Shown here one piece after another: positions 35,648 to 45,875 of a stretch of DNA of 64,000 nucleotides. Below the pieces are notes generated by a model, which saw nothing but the letters and a program-made list of their open reading frames with translations, was not told the DNA's origin and did no database searches. Both the position numbers and the translations under genes were made by a program. Position 1 is the first letter of the stretch. Each line of letters begins with the position of its first letter. The stretch lies in the NCBI GenBank assembly GCA_038064575.1, contig JBBTST010000002.1, positions 9,992-73,991 on the forward strand. The letters are read 5' to 3'. The DNA is from Patescibacteria group bacterium (GTDB taxonomy: Bacteria > Patescibacteriota > WWE3 > UBA101185 > 2-01-FULL-41-18).

Positions 35648-37909
35648 ATGAAACCTGCCAATCTATTGTGGTTTAAAGAAATTAGGAAGAAAGATATCCC
35701 GACTGCCGGGGGAAAAGGGGCAAATCTTGGAGAAATGTACTCAAACTCAGTTCCGGTGCCTAATGGGTTTGTTATTACCGCACAGGCTTACTTTGATTTT
35801 ATTGAAGCTACTTCACTGAGAAATAAAATTCTAACAGAGCTTTCGGGGCTTGAAATAAGTAATAGCAAGGCTTTGATAGATGCCTCAGATAAGATAAAAA
35901 CAGCTATATTAGCAGCGGAAATGCCATCTTCATTAAAAGATGAAATTAAAAACTATTATCATGAGCTTTGTGGAGAGTTTGATAGAGAGGTTGCCGTTAG
36001 ATCCTCTGCTACAGCTGAAGACTTACCCGATGCCTCTTTTGCAGGGCAGCAAGAGACTTATTTGAATATAATCGGGTATGAAGAGGTAGTTAAGGCAGTT
36101 CAAAGGTGTTGGGCCTCCCTTTTTGAGTCGCGAGCAATCTTTTATAGAACGGATAAGGGTTATAACCATATGAAAGTAGGAATTGCGGTCCCTGTGCAAT
36201 TAATGGTTCAGAGTGAAACATCTGGCATAATGTTTACCGTAAATCCCATAACCAATGACCAGTCAGTTATTTCAATTGAAGCTGCTTTTGGGCTTGGTCA
36301 GCCTATTGTTTCAGGAGAGGTTACGCCTGATCAATTTTTGATTAAAAAAGATACTTTTGAAATTATTTCAAGAGAGTTGTCAAAGCAGACTTGGCAAATG
36401 ACAAAGAGCGGAAACATACCTGTATCTAAAGCATACCAGGAAACCCAAAAGCTTTCCGATACTTTTATTGTTGAGCTTGCTAAGATAGGCAAAAGAATTG
36501 AAGAGCATTATGGTTTCCCATGTGACATAGAGTGGGGACTTGAAAAAGGAAAACTATATATTGTTCAGTCTCGCCCTGTAACAACGCTTAAAATGAATAC
36601 CGATGATACTTCCCTTCAAATTGACGTTATAAATGAAAAATTACTGCTTGAGGGTCTTGGAGCTTCTCCCGGTGTAGCCTCAGGGCCTGTGAGAATAGTT
36701 AAAGATCCATCTGAGATAGGAATTGTTAAGAGTGGGGATGTGCTTGTTGCAAAAATGACAAACCCGGATTATGTCCCGGCAATGAGAAAGGCCGTAGCTA
36801 TAGTAACAGATGAAGGAGGAAGAACTTCACATGCCGCAATTGTGAGTCGTGAGCTTGGAGTTCCCGCTGTGGTTGGGACACAACATGCAACCGTAATGTT
36901 AAAAGATAAGGAGGTTGTCACTGTTGATGGGTCTAAGGGAAAGATCTATGAGGGTGATGTTGTTAAAGCTCATAAAGAAGAGGAAGTCAAAATTGATACA
37001 TCTTCTCTTAAAACTGCTACTAAAATATATGTGAATCTGGCAGAGCCCGATTTTGCCGCCGAAATAGCTAAGCGCAATGTTGATGGGGTGGGTTTGCTTA
37101 GGGCGGAGTTTATGATTGCCCAGATTGGGGAGCATCCCAGAAAATTCATCAAAGAAAAAAGACAGAAAGAATTTGTTGATAAGCTTGCCGCCGGTTTACT
37201 TGAATTTGCCAAAGCGTTTAACCCCCGTTCAATCATTTATAGGGCTACGGATTTTAGAACAAACGAATACAGAAACCTGAAAGGCGGGGAAGAATTTGAG
37301 GGGGAGGAGCCAAATCCAATGCTAGGCTTTAGAGGGGCTTCCAGGTATATTGCCGATCATGAGGTTTTTGATCTGGAGCTTGAAGCTATTAAAATTGTCA
37401 GAAATAAAAACGGGTTCAAGAATCTGCATTTGATGATTCCCTTTGTGCGTACTGTTGGGCAGTTAAGAGAAGTTAAAAAGTTTGTTTCTGCAGCCGGTTT
37501 GAGACGGGGCGGGACGTTTAAATTTTGGATGATGTGTGAAATTCCCTCAAATGTGATTTTACTTGAGGATTTTATTGCGGAAGGGCTTGATGGCGTATCA
37601 ATTGGATCGAATGATTTGACTATGTTGATTCTTGGGTGTGATAGAGATAATGAATTGGTGTCAAATGTTTTTTCAGAGCTTGATCCGGCAGTGTTGTGGG
37701 CTTTAGAACGCGTGATTACAACTTGTAAGAAAAACAAGGTGACATGCGGAATTTGTGGTCAGGCTCCTTCTGAATATCCGGAACTTGTTGAAAAGCTGGT
37801 TGATTGGGGTGTAACTTCAATTTCAGTAAGTCCTGATGTAATTGATAAAACCAGAAAGATTGTGTATGACGCGGAAAAGAAGCTTGTGAATAAGAAGGCT
37901 AGGAAGTGA
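35648..37909 (+). CDS. ppsA: Phosphoenolpyruvate synthase (pyruvate, water dikinase)
   Basis: SSATAEDLPDASFAGQQETYLN, GGRTSHAAIVSRELGVPAVVG (phospho-His domain), NPMLGFRGASRY and MIPFVRTV are collinear with PpsA. Confidence 0.85.
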   Translation: MKPANLLWFKEIRKKDIPTAGGKGANLGEMYSNSVPVPNGFVITAQAYFDFIEATSLRNKILTELSGLEISNSKALIDASDKIKTAILAAEMPSSLKDEIKNYYHELCGEFDREVAVRSSATAEDLPDASFAGQQETYLNIIGYEEVVKAVQRCWASLFESRAIFYRTDKGYNHMKVGIAVPVQLMVQSETSGIMFTVNPITNDQSVISIEAAFGLGQPIVSGEVTPDQFLIKKDTFEIISRELSKQTWQMTKSGNIPVSKAYQETQKLSDTFIVELAKIGKRIEEHYGFPCDIEWGLEKGKLYIVQSRPVTTLKMNTDDTSLQIDVINEKLLLEGLGASPGVASGPVRIVKDPSEIGIVKSGDVLVAKMTNPDYVPAMRKAVAIVTDEGGRTSHAAIVSRELGVPAVVGTQHATVMLKDKEVVTVDGSKGKIYEGDVVKAHKEEEVKIDTSSLKTATKIYVNLAEPDFAAEIAKRNVDGVGLLRAEFMIAQIGEHPRKFIKEKRQKEFVDKLAAGLLEFAKAFNPRSIIYRATDFRTNEYRNLKGGEEFEGEEPNPMLGFRGASRYIADHEVFDLELEAIKIVRNKNGFKNLHLMIPFVRTVGQLREVKKFVSAAGLRRGGTFKFWMMCEIPSNVILLEDFIAEGLDGVSIGSNDLTMLILGCDRDNELVSNVFSELDPAVLWALERVITTCKKNKVTCGICGQAPSEYPELVEKLVDWGVTSISVSPDVIDKTRKIVYDAEKKLVNKKARK

Positions 37910-38145
37910 CCTGTTGGTTTTGGTCGATCATAACCCATCACAAATAAAACCTTTCCTTAGTAGCTGAAATAGAGGTACTCCCAGTTCAACTTACTTAACA
38001 GCGTAAACTTGGCTCAAAGAGGAAACTTATAAAAACATAAAAGCTTTCTTCAAGTCTTGGGAAGGGTATGTTGGAGATCAAACAGTATATGAGGACACAG
38101 CCGTTCCGGGCTGTTTAACATTAGATCCGATTAAGGGATAGCTTT

Positions 38146-38679
38146 TCAATCGAATACTGCCTTCATGATTAAGGTTGACTCCTCTTTGTTGAGTCTCGCT
38201 GATAGTCTGTTTAACTCATCAATATCGTTTATCCCAATTCCTAAACCGTTTTCTAATGTGTATAAAGTTATATGCGTAGGTTGAGCTTCAAAGCTCATCT
38301 TAAAAGCAGTTCTAAGATAGTCATACAACAGCTCGATGTTGCTAACTTTTACCGCTGCTATTAAAGAACTCCTGTCTTCTCGTTTTGCCATTCTTATTTC
38401 GTCTGAAAAGGCAGCAAATTTGATTGGTACCTTTGTAACAAATTTATCAACCTCAGAAAGAATTGTGCTTAGTGCCTGCTCCTTAGTTATTTTTAATTTT
38501 TGTGAGAGCAAAGGTATGTACTTTTTGGTAGCAAGTATACTAATATGAAATTCCTTTTTAGCAAAGAAGTTTATATTTTGGATATTTAAGGTAGCAATCG
38601 GTGATAATTCTATGGGTAGCATAATATAGCCTTTTGAATAGAATAAATCGCCATTTAGTCGGATTTTTGAGTCTTCCAT
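38146..38679 (-). CDS. Putative 2H phosphoesterase (LigT/ThpR-like RNA 2',3'-cyclic phosphodiesterase)
   Basis: 177 aa with two H-x-[ST]-x motifs about 90 aa apart (FHISIL and THITLY), in the size class of LigT. Confidence 0.4.
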   Translation of the reverse strand: MEDSKIRLNGDLFYSKGYIMLPIELSPIATLNIQNINFFAKKEFHISILATKKYIPLLSQKLKITKEQALSTILSEVDKFVTKVPIKFAAFSDEIRMAKREDRSSLIAAVKVSNIELLYDYLRTAFKMSFEAQPTHITLYTLENGLGIGINDIDELNRLSARLNKEESTLIMKAVFD

Positions 38680-38764
38680 AAAGTTATTTTAACAGCTGGT
38701 GATAGAAATTAGAATTAATTTCAGATTTATTTGATACAATATCCTTACTTACGGTAGGGGTAGT

Positions 38765-39847
38765 TTGATCAAAATTTCTCCATGTGTGGAGAAGACTTGG
38801 GTAAAACCCCAACCCCTACCCCAAGAAGAAATGACAATACAAGAACACCTCGAAGACAGATTAAAAAATACTTCAAAATATACGCCTTCCAATGAGGATA
38901 GCAAGATAATTAAGTACGAAGGTATCGAAACCTTTATTTACAGAAAACTTACTTCAACTAAGTTTAGAAAAACATCCGTTGATTCTGATTCCGAAAAAAG
39001 AGTTAAGAAGGCAATTCATTTAAATGTTTCAAACAACAGCCCAATTAAACTTACTTATCCTTTTGGTGCTTATAAAATTTGGAGAGTTCCAACCTACCCA
39101 AAGGTTGACTGGGCAGAGTTTTTAACAATTTCTTATGTTTGCAGATATGTGGCGCCAATTCTTGCCGCTTACAAACCGGGGGCAGAAATCACCTTTTCTT
39201 CTGATGATGTTGTGATAGAACTTATTGATAATTACCCAAGAAAAGATTTAGATGCTTATGTTTCTTCTTTTAGGGAGTTGTTGGCAGCCTTTGGTAACTA
39301 TTTTCCTGAAAACTTGAAGGTGGAATTGAAACAAGTTGTTCCCGACATTTACTCCTTGAGTGACTATAATAAGGAGTTGAAAGAGTTGTTTTCTATCCTC
39401 AAGGCCACAGGTTTGTCAGAAGAAAGGAAAGTAAAATTAAGAAAGGCCTTCGAGTTTAACTTCCAAAGAAAAGGAAAGGATGACCTGACTTCAGATCTGG
39501 ACTACCAGAAGGCCTTAGACGATTTGATGATCTATAGTGAGGTGTATTTACAGCTGACAAAGAGGCGAGCCTTTGTTCGAGGTGAAGACAAAGTGGTCTT
39601 ATTTTCTCAGAAAATTCCTAATGCGCTTGATATAGGATCGACAAGTGTGTCTAAAGCTAAGTTTTGGGTGGGCATGGGAGTGTTGGAGCAGGCCGAAGGT
39701 AAGTTCTACGATAGAATTATGACTCCAAAGCAGTGGGAGGAGAATAAAACCAAAGTGAAGTGGGTGAATACTAGTCTGATCGCATTACCTAATTTTGAGA
39801 AAATCCCTGTTTTTAATGAAAGATTTAATTTCCTGAAGAGTGAATAA
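38765..39847 (+). CDS. Hypothetical protein (360 aa), divergent from the 2H-phosphoesterase-like gene
   Basis: Long ORF with normal composition and no motif recognised. The start may instead be MTIQEH at 38831. Confidence 0.5.
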   Translation: MIKISPCVEKTWVKPQPLPQEEMTIQEHLEDRLKNTSKYTPSNEDSKIIKYEGIETFIYRKLTSTKFRKTSVDSDSEKRVKKAIHLNVSNNSPIKLTYPFGAYKIWRVPTYPKVDWAEFLTISYVCRYVAPILAAYKPGAEITFSSDDVVIELIDNYPRKDLDAYVSSFRELLAAFGNYFPENLKVELKQVVPDIYSLSDYNKELKELFSILKATGLSEERKVKLRKAFEFNFQRKGKDDLTSDLDYQKALDDLMIYSEVYLQLTKRRAFVRGEDKVVLFSQKIPNALDIGSTSVSKAKFWVGMGVLEQAEGKFYDRIMTPKQWEENKTKVKWVNTSLIALPNFEKIPVFNERFNFLKSE

Positions 39848-39991
39848 AATAGCAGGCTACCGTATCTTAATATGGTCAGAAAACCCTGATGAACTCCAAA
39901 AGGAGCTTCAACAGGTGAGTTTATAATCGTTTCCAGGACAGGAAGCTAGCTGCCAAACATTGTTTTTACTTCGCAAAACCTGATCTTTATA

Positions 39992-40195
39992 GTGAGTACT
40001 AAAAAAATAGTTTCAACGTTGGAAGAAGCCATTAAAATATTAAATGAAGTCGTCATTCCCCTCGAGGCTGTAAACATGAAACAAAAGTATGGAATGGGAA
40101 CACAGCTTTCAAAACTTTTGATTTTCAAAAAGGAAAACCCGATGATGGGAAGAAAAGTAAGACTCATACTTGTAGAAGAGGATTTGGGGTTTTAA
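39992..40195 (+). CDS. Small ORF (67 aa, GTG start) or non-coding transcript ending at a strong terminator
   Basis: A TATAAT sits at about 39925 and an intrinsic terminator at 40231-40266, which supports a roughly 300 nt transcript. The coding assignment is weak because there is no clear SD. Confidence 0.3.
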   Translation: MSTKKIVSTLEEAIKILNEVVIPLEAVNMKQKYGMGTQLSKLLIFKKENPMMGRKVRLILVEEDLGF

Positions 40196-40230
40196 AAGTT
40201 TACCCTCGCCTGTTCTAGCGGTAAAGGTTG

Positions 40231-40266
40231 GCGCCTGAAGATGTTTAAACATCAGGCGCTTTTTTG
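40231..40266 (+). terminator. Rho-independent terminator
   Basis: GCGCCTGA…(loop)…TCAGGCGC, an 8 bp GC-rich stem, followed by TTTTTTG. Confidence 0.8.
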
Positions 40267-40299
40267 TATTCTCTTGCTTAAAGCTTTGGTCAATTCAAA

Positions 40300-40563
40300 T
40301 TATTCTTCCAATTCCGGTATCTCATGGCCTGCTGCGACAAGGACTTCGTACAGTCTTTTTGCAGACTGAGGACCGAATTCTGGCACCATAGCAACCAAGC
40401 CTATCCACCCTTTTTCTTTGAGGATGGAGAGTACTTCATCCAAAGTCTTTAAATTACTTAGCATCCACTTGCGAGTTTTACCCGTTAATCTGGCAATCGT
40501 GGTGAGCTCATCAAGAGAATTATGGTTAGCTTTCGCTCGTCTTCTGGCCGAGTCTGTGAGCAT
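40300..40563 (-). CDS. Small helix-hairpin-helix (HhH) motif protein, GC-rich
   Basis: 87 aa. …LVAMVPEFGPQSAKRLYEVLVAAG… fits the HhH pattern (h-x-G-h-G-x-x-x-A). Local GC is elevated. Confidence 0.45.
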   Translation of the reverse strand: MLTDSARRRAKANHNSLDELTTIARLTGKTRKWMLSNLKTLDEVLSILKEKGWIGLVAMVPEFGPQSAKRLYEVLVAAGHEIPELEE

Positions 40564-40733
40564 GTGGTTTCCTTCCTTTCAGTTAGGATTTTAATTACAG
40601 TAGTAGCAAAGTTTAGGTATGTCAAATTGACAACTATCGGGTTTTGTCTACGCGAATAGAAGTATCTCTAAGATGTTATCAACTGTGCATTCTCATTTTT
40701 GTAAAACCTTGTTGCTCTGGTGCTATTGACGTA

Positions 40734-41321
40734 TTATCTGTCTATTGAGTGAAAGCTTTTAGGCCAGAGCATATTTTTAAATCGCTTTTTTTTATCAGTA
40801 TGTAGCCTTAGTTCCATAAGAAAAGAAGCAAGTTCCTTTTGCCTGAAAGCTTCGGGGTTATCAGAAAGCATTAAAAATTCGTCAAATGTAACAAGCATAG
40901 GTTTTATCTTTTCACCGGATTCGGGGTTGGGTGGTTGTCTTAATATGCAATTTTTTGCTAGATATATGAATATATTGAAAAATACTTTAGGGATAGGTTT
41001 AAATGTTTTCCAAAGGGTCCAATCGGCAGATTCATACCCAGTTTCTTCCAGCAGTTCTCTTTTTGCACCATCTAATGGATCTTCATCATCAAGTAATCTA
41101 CCGCCTGGTAGAGAAATAAATTTACCTGTATTAGGTTGTTCTTGTTCCAATATGAGAATTTTGTTCCCAATTGTTGCCAGAACTTGAGATGTGTCAGGGC
41201 GTTTGAGCACTTCAAATATCTCCTTTTTTCCATCATACATTTCCTGTTCCCATTGATATACATTGAAGATTCGGCCTTTAAAGACAAGTTTTGCGTTTGA
41301 AGGTAAACCTTTTTCTGTCAT
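40734..41321 (-). CDS. NUDIX hydrolase
   Basis: Nudix box GGRLLDDEDPLDGAKRELLEETGY. The start is likely MTEKGLPS (41321). Confidence 0.8.
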   Translation of the reverse strand: MTEKGLPSNAKLVFKGRIFNVYQWEQEMYDGKKEIFEVLKRPDTSQVLATIGNKILILEQEQPNTGKFISLPGGRLLDDEDPLDGAKRELLEETGYESADWTLWKTFKPIPKVFFNIFIYLAKNCILRQPPNPESGEKIKPMLVTFDEFLMLSDNPEAFRQKELASFLMELRLHTDKKKRFKNMLWPKSFHSIDR

Positions 41322-41438
41322 TGTTAAGTACATATTAACAAAATAAAATTTTCTTGACATAAAATCTTAATGTTAGGACGAAAGTTTTTATGGTATTGAT
41401 CGAAATGTTAAGTAGTACCCGAGCGTATGGGTTGCGTT

Positions 41439-41876
41439 CTATACTTTACTTGAACAATTAAACATCCATTGAACACCAAATTTATCAGTTAAAGATCCAA
41501 AGTAATCTCCCCAGAACATTTCCTGAAGTGGCATTTCTATCTTACCTTCTTCCGAAAGCTCTTTGAATAATCTGTCAGTTTCTGCTCTGGTATCCGGCTC
41601 AAGATTTATATACACATTATTTCCCGAAATTACTTTAAAGCCCATTGATTCAGGTGCATCTGTTCCCATGAGCACATGACCCCCGAGAATAGGAAGAGCT
41701 ACATGCATGACCAAATTTTTGTCTTCTTCCTTTATTGGCGGCTGCCCCTTCTGAGGGGGTATATCGGAAAAGTGGTTTATTACTCCAGCAAATTCAGTGC
41801 CAAAAACTTTTTTGTAAAACTTAAATGCCTCCTCAGTTTGGTTTTTGAAATTAAGGTAGGTACTTACTTTTGCCAT
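41439..41876 (-). CDS. VOC family protein (glyoxalase/bleomycin-resistance fold, PhnB-like)
   Basis: …FKFYKKVFG…MHVALPILGGHVLMGTD…FWGDYFGSLTDKFGVQWMFN is the PhnB/VOC pattern. Confidence 0.7.
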   Translation of the reverse strand: MAKVSTYLNFKNQTEEAFKFYKKVFGTEFAGVINHFSDIPPQKGQPPIKEEDKNLVMHVALPILGGHVLMGTDAPESMGFKVISGNNVYINLEPDTRAETDRLFKELSEEGKIEMPLQEMFWGDYFGSLTDKFGVQWMFNCSSKV

Positions 41877-42181
41877 AAAGTAAATATAGCAGAGCTGTCT
41901 TAAGTTACAAGCTAAAAGTGCGCAGTGTTCAGGACATACTATACAGTTTATGTATCATCAAGATTAAACAGTTTTTTGAACCTAAATAACAAAGGGTATA
42001 AGTTATTCTAAGTTCACGTAACATCCCGTACACTTTGGGTATCCTTTAATCGAGGCAGATTTCCCCTTTCTATAGGAAGTTCTGGTGTCCGCCCTTCGAA
42101 GGAGAAGTTGGAATAATCTTTGAATGCTGCCGTCAAATCTTCTGTTTGGTTTGGCATACAGTTGTATTATACTTTATTCCG

Positions 42182-43420
42182 ATGCCAAGGATTTCAAATA
42201 TTCATGCCCATAAAGTTTTAAATTCCCGTGGTAACTGGACAATCAATACGGAAGTTGAGTTGGAAGACGGAGCTAAAGGGCATGGGGAAATTCCCGAGGG
42301 GGCTTCAAAAGGAGGAAGAGAAGCTGTTTCAGTTAACCCGGAGTTGGCAGTTGAGATTATCAACGAGCGGCTTGGGCCTAATTTTTGCGGCGAGGAGGCC
42401 GAAAACCAATATAAAATTGACCAGCGTTTAATAGAGATTGATGGAACTCCAGATAAGAGTAAGCTTGGTGAGAACACTCTTTTATCTGTTTCTATTGCGG
42501 TTGCCAAGGCTGTGGCGCACTCGCGCAAAATTCAACTTTTTCAGTATTTATCAGAACTTTTTCAAACTAAAGAAATAGGCATTCCAACCCCTATTTTTAA
42601 TGTGATAAATGGGGGAAAGCATGCGCAAAACGATCTTTCTTTTCAGGAGTTTATGGCTATCCCATCGCGTTTCCTGCCCTATGACAAGGCTTTGGATATG
42701 GGGGCCAAAACCTATTTAACGCTTAAAAATCTTCTGGCGGAGGATGGTTTTGATATTGAAGTTGGGGATGAGGGGGGTTTTGCGCCTGAGAATTTGCATA
42801 CCAGGCAAGCACTGGATTTTATTGTAAAGGCTGCCAAAACTGCTCACTTTAAAGTTGAAGAGGAAATCTTTTTGGGGCTTGATGTAGCTTCGAACTCATT
42901 TTTTGAAAAAGGCTCTTATGTGGTGAAGGGTGAAAAGGTTAAATTTGATGCTTTCGCTCTTAAAAAGTTTTATGGTGAGCTTTTGCACGACTACCCTATA
43001 ATTTACATTGAGGATATGTTTATGGAGGAGGATCTTACTTCCTGGGCCGATTTTTACAAGGGGTATTCGGAGAAGTTGTTGATTGTTGGTGACGATTTAA
43101 CGGTAACAAATACCAAAAGACTTGAAACTGTTGCTGCTAAAAAGTGTTGTAATGCGGTTATTGTTAAGCCAAATCAGATTGGAACTTTAACCGAAACGTA
43201 TGAGTTTGTGAAAAAAGCTAAGGATCTTGGAATGTACACAATCGTTTCGCACAGAAGCGGCGAGGCCGTAGTTGATACATTTATAGCCGACTTTGCCGTA
43301 GCGGTTAATGCCGATTATCTGAAAGCCGGCGCTCCCGCCCATGAAAGAGTTGCCAAATATAACAAGCTTTTGGAGATTTACGGAGAGTTAAATGGGATTG
43401 AAGGCTACTGCAAAATTTAA
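42182..43420 (+). CDS. eno: Enolase (phosphopyruvate hydratase)
   Basis: MPRISNIHAHKVLNSRGNWTI… at the N-terminus, catalytic-region IVSHRSGE, and KPNQIGTLTE. The ORF-track start at 42146 is probably too early. Confidence 0.85.
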   Translation: MPRISNIHAHKVLNSRGNWTINTEVELEDGAKGHGEIPEGASKGGREAVSVNPELAVEIINERLGPNFCGEEAENQYKIDQRLIEIDGTPDKSKLGENTLLSVSIAVAKAVAHSRKIQLFQYLSELFQTKEIGIPTPIFNVINGGKHAQNDLSFQEFMAIPSRFLPYDKALDMGAKTYLTLKNLLAEDGFDIEVGDEGGFAPENLHTRQALDFIVKAAKTAHFKVEEEIFLGLDVASNSFFEKGSYVVKGEKVKFDAFALKKFYGELLHDYPIIYIEDMFMEEDLTSWADFYKGYSEKLLIVGDDLTVTNTKRLETVAAKKCCNAVIVKPNQIGTLTETYEFVKKAKDLGMYTIVSHRSGEAVVDTFIADFAVAVNADYLKAGAPAHERVAKYNKLLEIYGELNGIEGYCKI

Positions 43421-43496
43421 TCTTTTTGTGACCAATTTATTTTGATGTTATTATCCAGTCAAATTCTAAGTCGCTAAGAAAGGAAGAAACAGAAAA

Positions 43497-43754
43497 ATGT
43501 GGGATATACCAAGAAACTTTAAAGGGGAGGGAACTGATAATACTGAGCGTTACTTACTATCGCTTGGATTTACTAACATTAGCAATCATCCAAGTGATAG
43601 ATTTCTCTTAAAGGCTGAGCCTCCTGATGGGTGGAAGAGGGAAAAAGTAGAGGATGGCGAGTGGTTTGTAAGGGATGATAACAGAGAAGTGCGCTTTGTT
43701 ATGCACATCTGTTCTACCGCTCCCAACCGCGGCTATTGGCTTGAGGAGAAGTGA
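43497..43754 (+). CDS. Small hypothetical protein (85 aa), GC-rich
   Basis: SD aaggaag upstream and a terminator hairpin downstream. Composition is roughly 45-50% GC. Confidence 0.45.
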   Translation: MWDIPRNFKGEGTDNTERYLLSLGFTNISNHPSDRFLLKAEPPDGWKREKVEDGEWFVRDDNREVRFVMHICSTAPNRGYWLEEK

Positions 43755-43758
43755 AAAA

Positions 43759-43806
43759 TTTGGGATAGAGGAAAGGTATTGCCCCTATCCCAACTAATTT
43801 TCTTAG
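43759..43806 (+). terminator. Putative rho-independent terminator
   Basis: ttgggatagagg-(loop)-cccctatcccaa (about 11 bp stem, 1 mismatch) followed by ctaattttctt. Confidence 0.5.
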
Positions 43807-43849
43807 AACTTAAAGATAATTCAGCTTGAATTTATTGTAGAATCTAATT

Positions 43850-44989
43850 GTGGAATTGAAAGAAGAAATTCTTAAAATTGATCCAAATATTCAATTTGCA
43901 TTAAAAGTTGTTAAGAATGGGGAACTTGTTTGCTATAAGGGAGAGGCCTTTACACTTTTTTACCTTGCAAGTATTTCTAAGCTTTGTTGGGTTATCACAG
44001 TTCTTAATCTTTGCAGAGAAAAAAATTTATCAATAACGGAACCTATTGTTTCCTGTTATTTAAACAAAAATCTGTTTGAGGATATTTTTGATTATTGTGC
44101 TAAGGGTAAACCTGTAGACAAATTTGTAGAGCGAGATTTTTATTCTAAGCATGCGGTAATTCTGGGAAAGCTTAAAAACATCAGCTTAGAGTCTTTGAAA
44201 GCTCTTAAAAAAGCTGTAAAGGAGGAAAATTATCTATATCTTCTGGATCTTGTGGAACTTAGTATTCTAAATGAGGGGAAGGAGGAGCTTAAGGGCTTAA
44301 TAGCCAAAAAACTTGAGCGTGGAGATAAAACAAATTTTGGTAATTTTAGTATAAAAGAGTTAATTGATGTAACTCTTGGACCTTCAAGCAACCATTCGCT
44401 TTTGAATTTAAAGGATTTTTTGAAAGAGTTAGGTTATGAGATTCCAGCTAATGTGGTGCAGAAAAGAATGGAGGAGATTCTAGGTACTTATTTTTCTAAT
44501 AGTAAGCTTACCATTACAGGCTCAGACAAGGCTTCAAAGTGTGGGTATTGGAACTGCGGGACTTTTGATGAACTTTTTAAACTGTTTTACCTGCTAGCGC
44601 ATAAAGATAAAAGTTTAGGATTAATGGAGGAAGAGTATAAAGTCGTGATCGACTCCATGAAAGAAGTGGCTGATAGTAATATTGAGCTTAAGCCTTATCT
44701 TGTAGAGAAGAACTTTACATTCAGCGATTGCTTTGGAAAATCAGGATATTTTCCTAATATTGATTTGGAAGATTTTAAAAGTGCTTTTGTTAAGCAGAAG
44801 AAACTTGGTTTTAAACACCTGATGAGTCTTTGTTGTTTGGAAAATATATTAGTTAATGAAATATCTTTTGATATAGGTTATTTTGTAACTTATTTTCATA
44901 ATGAGGAGAATTCTGACAATTTACTTAGTGTTAAGAAAGAACTATCTGAGAAATTTAGAGCATTCTCCCTATCGGAGCTTGGCTCCTAA
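43850..44989 (+). CDS. Hypothetical protein with beta-lactamase/serine-hydrolase-like SxxK motif; GTG start
   Basis: 379 aa. FTLFYLASISKLCW resembles the beta-lactamase/PBP active-site helix (S-x-x-K). A possible KTG-like GKSG lies later. The motif spacing is atypical. Confidence 0.4.
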   Translation: MELKEEILKIDPNIQFALKVVKNGELVCYKGEAFTLFYLASISKLCWVITVLNLCREKNLSITEPIVSCYLNKNLFEDIFDYCAKGKPVDKFVERDFYSKHAVILGKLKNISLESLKALKKAVKEENYLYLLDLVELSILNEGKEELKGLIAKKLERGDKTNFGNFSIKELIDVTLGPSSNHSLLNLKDFLKELGYEIPANVVQKRMEEILGTYFSNSKLTITGSDKASKCGYWNCGTFDELFKLFYLLAHKDKSLGLMEEEYKVVIDSMKEVADSNIELKPYLVEKNFTFSDCFGKSGYFPNIDLEDFKSAFVKQKKLGFKHLMSLCCLENILVNEISFDIGYFVTYFHNEENSDNLLSVKKELSEKFRAFSLSELGS

Positions 44990-45019
44990 CTGGGGTTCTT
45001 CTCAATCAAGTTTATGGGT

Positions 45020-45790
45020 TTAGATTTTGTACGAGGCAAAGTCTTGGGCTAAAGGATTTTCCAGCGCGCACATTTCCTCTATTGTTAAGTTTTCCATAAA
45101 CCTCCTTAAGGCTCGCATAGAATTTGAATGGCAGGAGAGGACTACATTGATTTTTCTTTCTTTCATAAAAGGCAAAAGCTCTTCTAAAAAGAGTTTAACA
45201 CGTTCTTCCACCATTTTAAGGCTTTCGCCGTTTTTTGTCGGGAAGTCATAAGCTCGTCTATATTTTTCCTCAATTTTCTGATCTTTTAGGTATAACTCAA
45301 CCTTGCTTGTGCCTTGAAGCTCTCCATATGAGCGTTCAATTAGCCTGTCATCCAAGAGTACTTTATATGTTAAGTAAGCCTTGACAATCTCTGTTGGTTT
45401 TTTTGGATAAGCCGTTGAGATATCCGCCTGGGAAGCCTTACAAAGAGTTAACGTATCAGGTGGGAAGGACCAAGCTGTGTTTTCTGCCAGTACTAGATCT
45501 AGTGTTTGTATAGCCCTTTTAAGGGTAGATGAAACTGCAAGGTCAAAATTTTCATACTTTAGTTTATTGGCCAGTATTTTTGCCTGATCCTGCCCAAGTT
45601 TTGTAAGATCTGGGTCCCTCCAACCTGAGAAGTAGTACTGTTCATTGTCTTGAGACTGGCCGTGTCTGAAAACATATAGAATGGGGGGCGTTTTGGATGA
45701 GGTTTTTGGAAGAGGTTTTATGAAATCTTTTTTTGATATTGCCTCAATAGCCCTTTTAGTAAGTTCTTGATTGTTTACTAAGTCTTGCAT
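45020..45790 (-). CDS. Histidine phosphatase family protein (phosphoglycerate mutase-like)
   Basis: ILYVFRHGQSQDNEQYYFSGWRDPDLTKLGQDQA is the RHG catalytic motif of the PGAM/histidine phosphatase superfamily. Confidence 0.75.
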   Translation of the reverse strand: MQDLVNNQELTKRAIEAISKKDFIKPLPKTSSKTPPILYVFRHGQSQDNEQYYFSGWRDPDLTKLGQDQAKILANKLKYENFDLAVSSTLKRAIQTLDLVLAENTAWSFPPDTLTLCKASQADISTAYPKKPTEIVKAYLTYKVLLDDRLIERSYGELQGTSKVELYLKDQKIEEKYRRAYDFPTKNGESLKMVEERVKLFLEELLPFMKERKINVVLSCHSNSMRALRRFMENLTIEEMCALENPLAQDFASYKI

Positions 45791-45875
45791 AACTAAACGT
45801 TATTTTAACATAATAAACAGCTTCAAATTTCTGTGGGTTTAAAATTATTGCCTACTTTTATTAAAAGATTATAAA

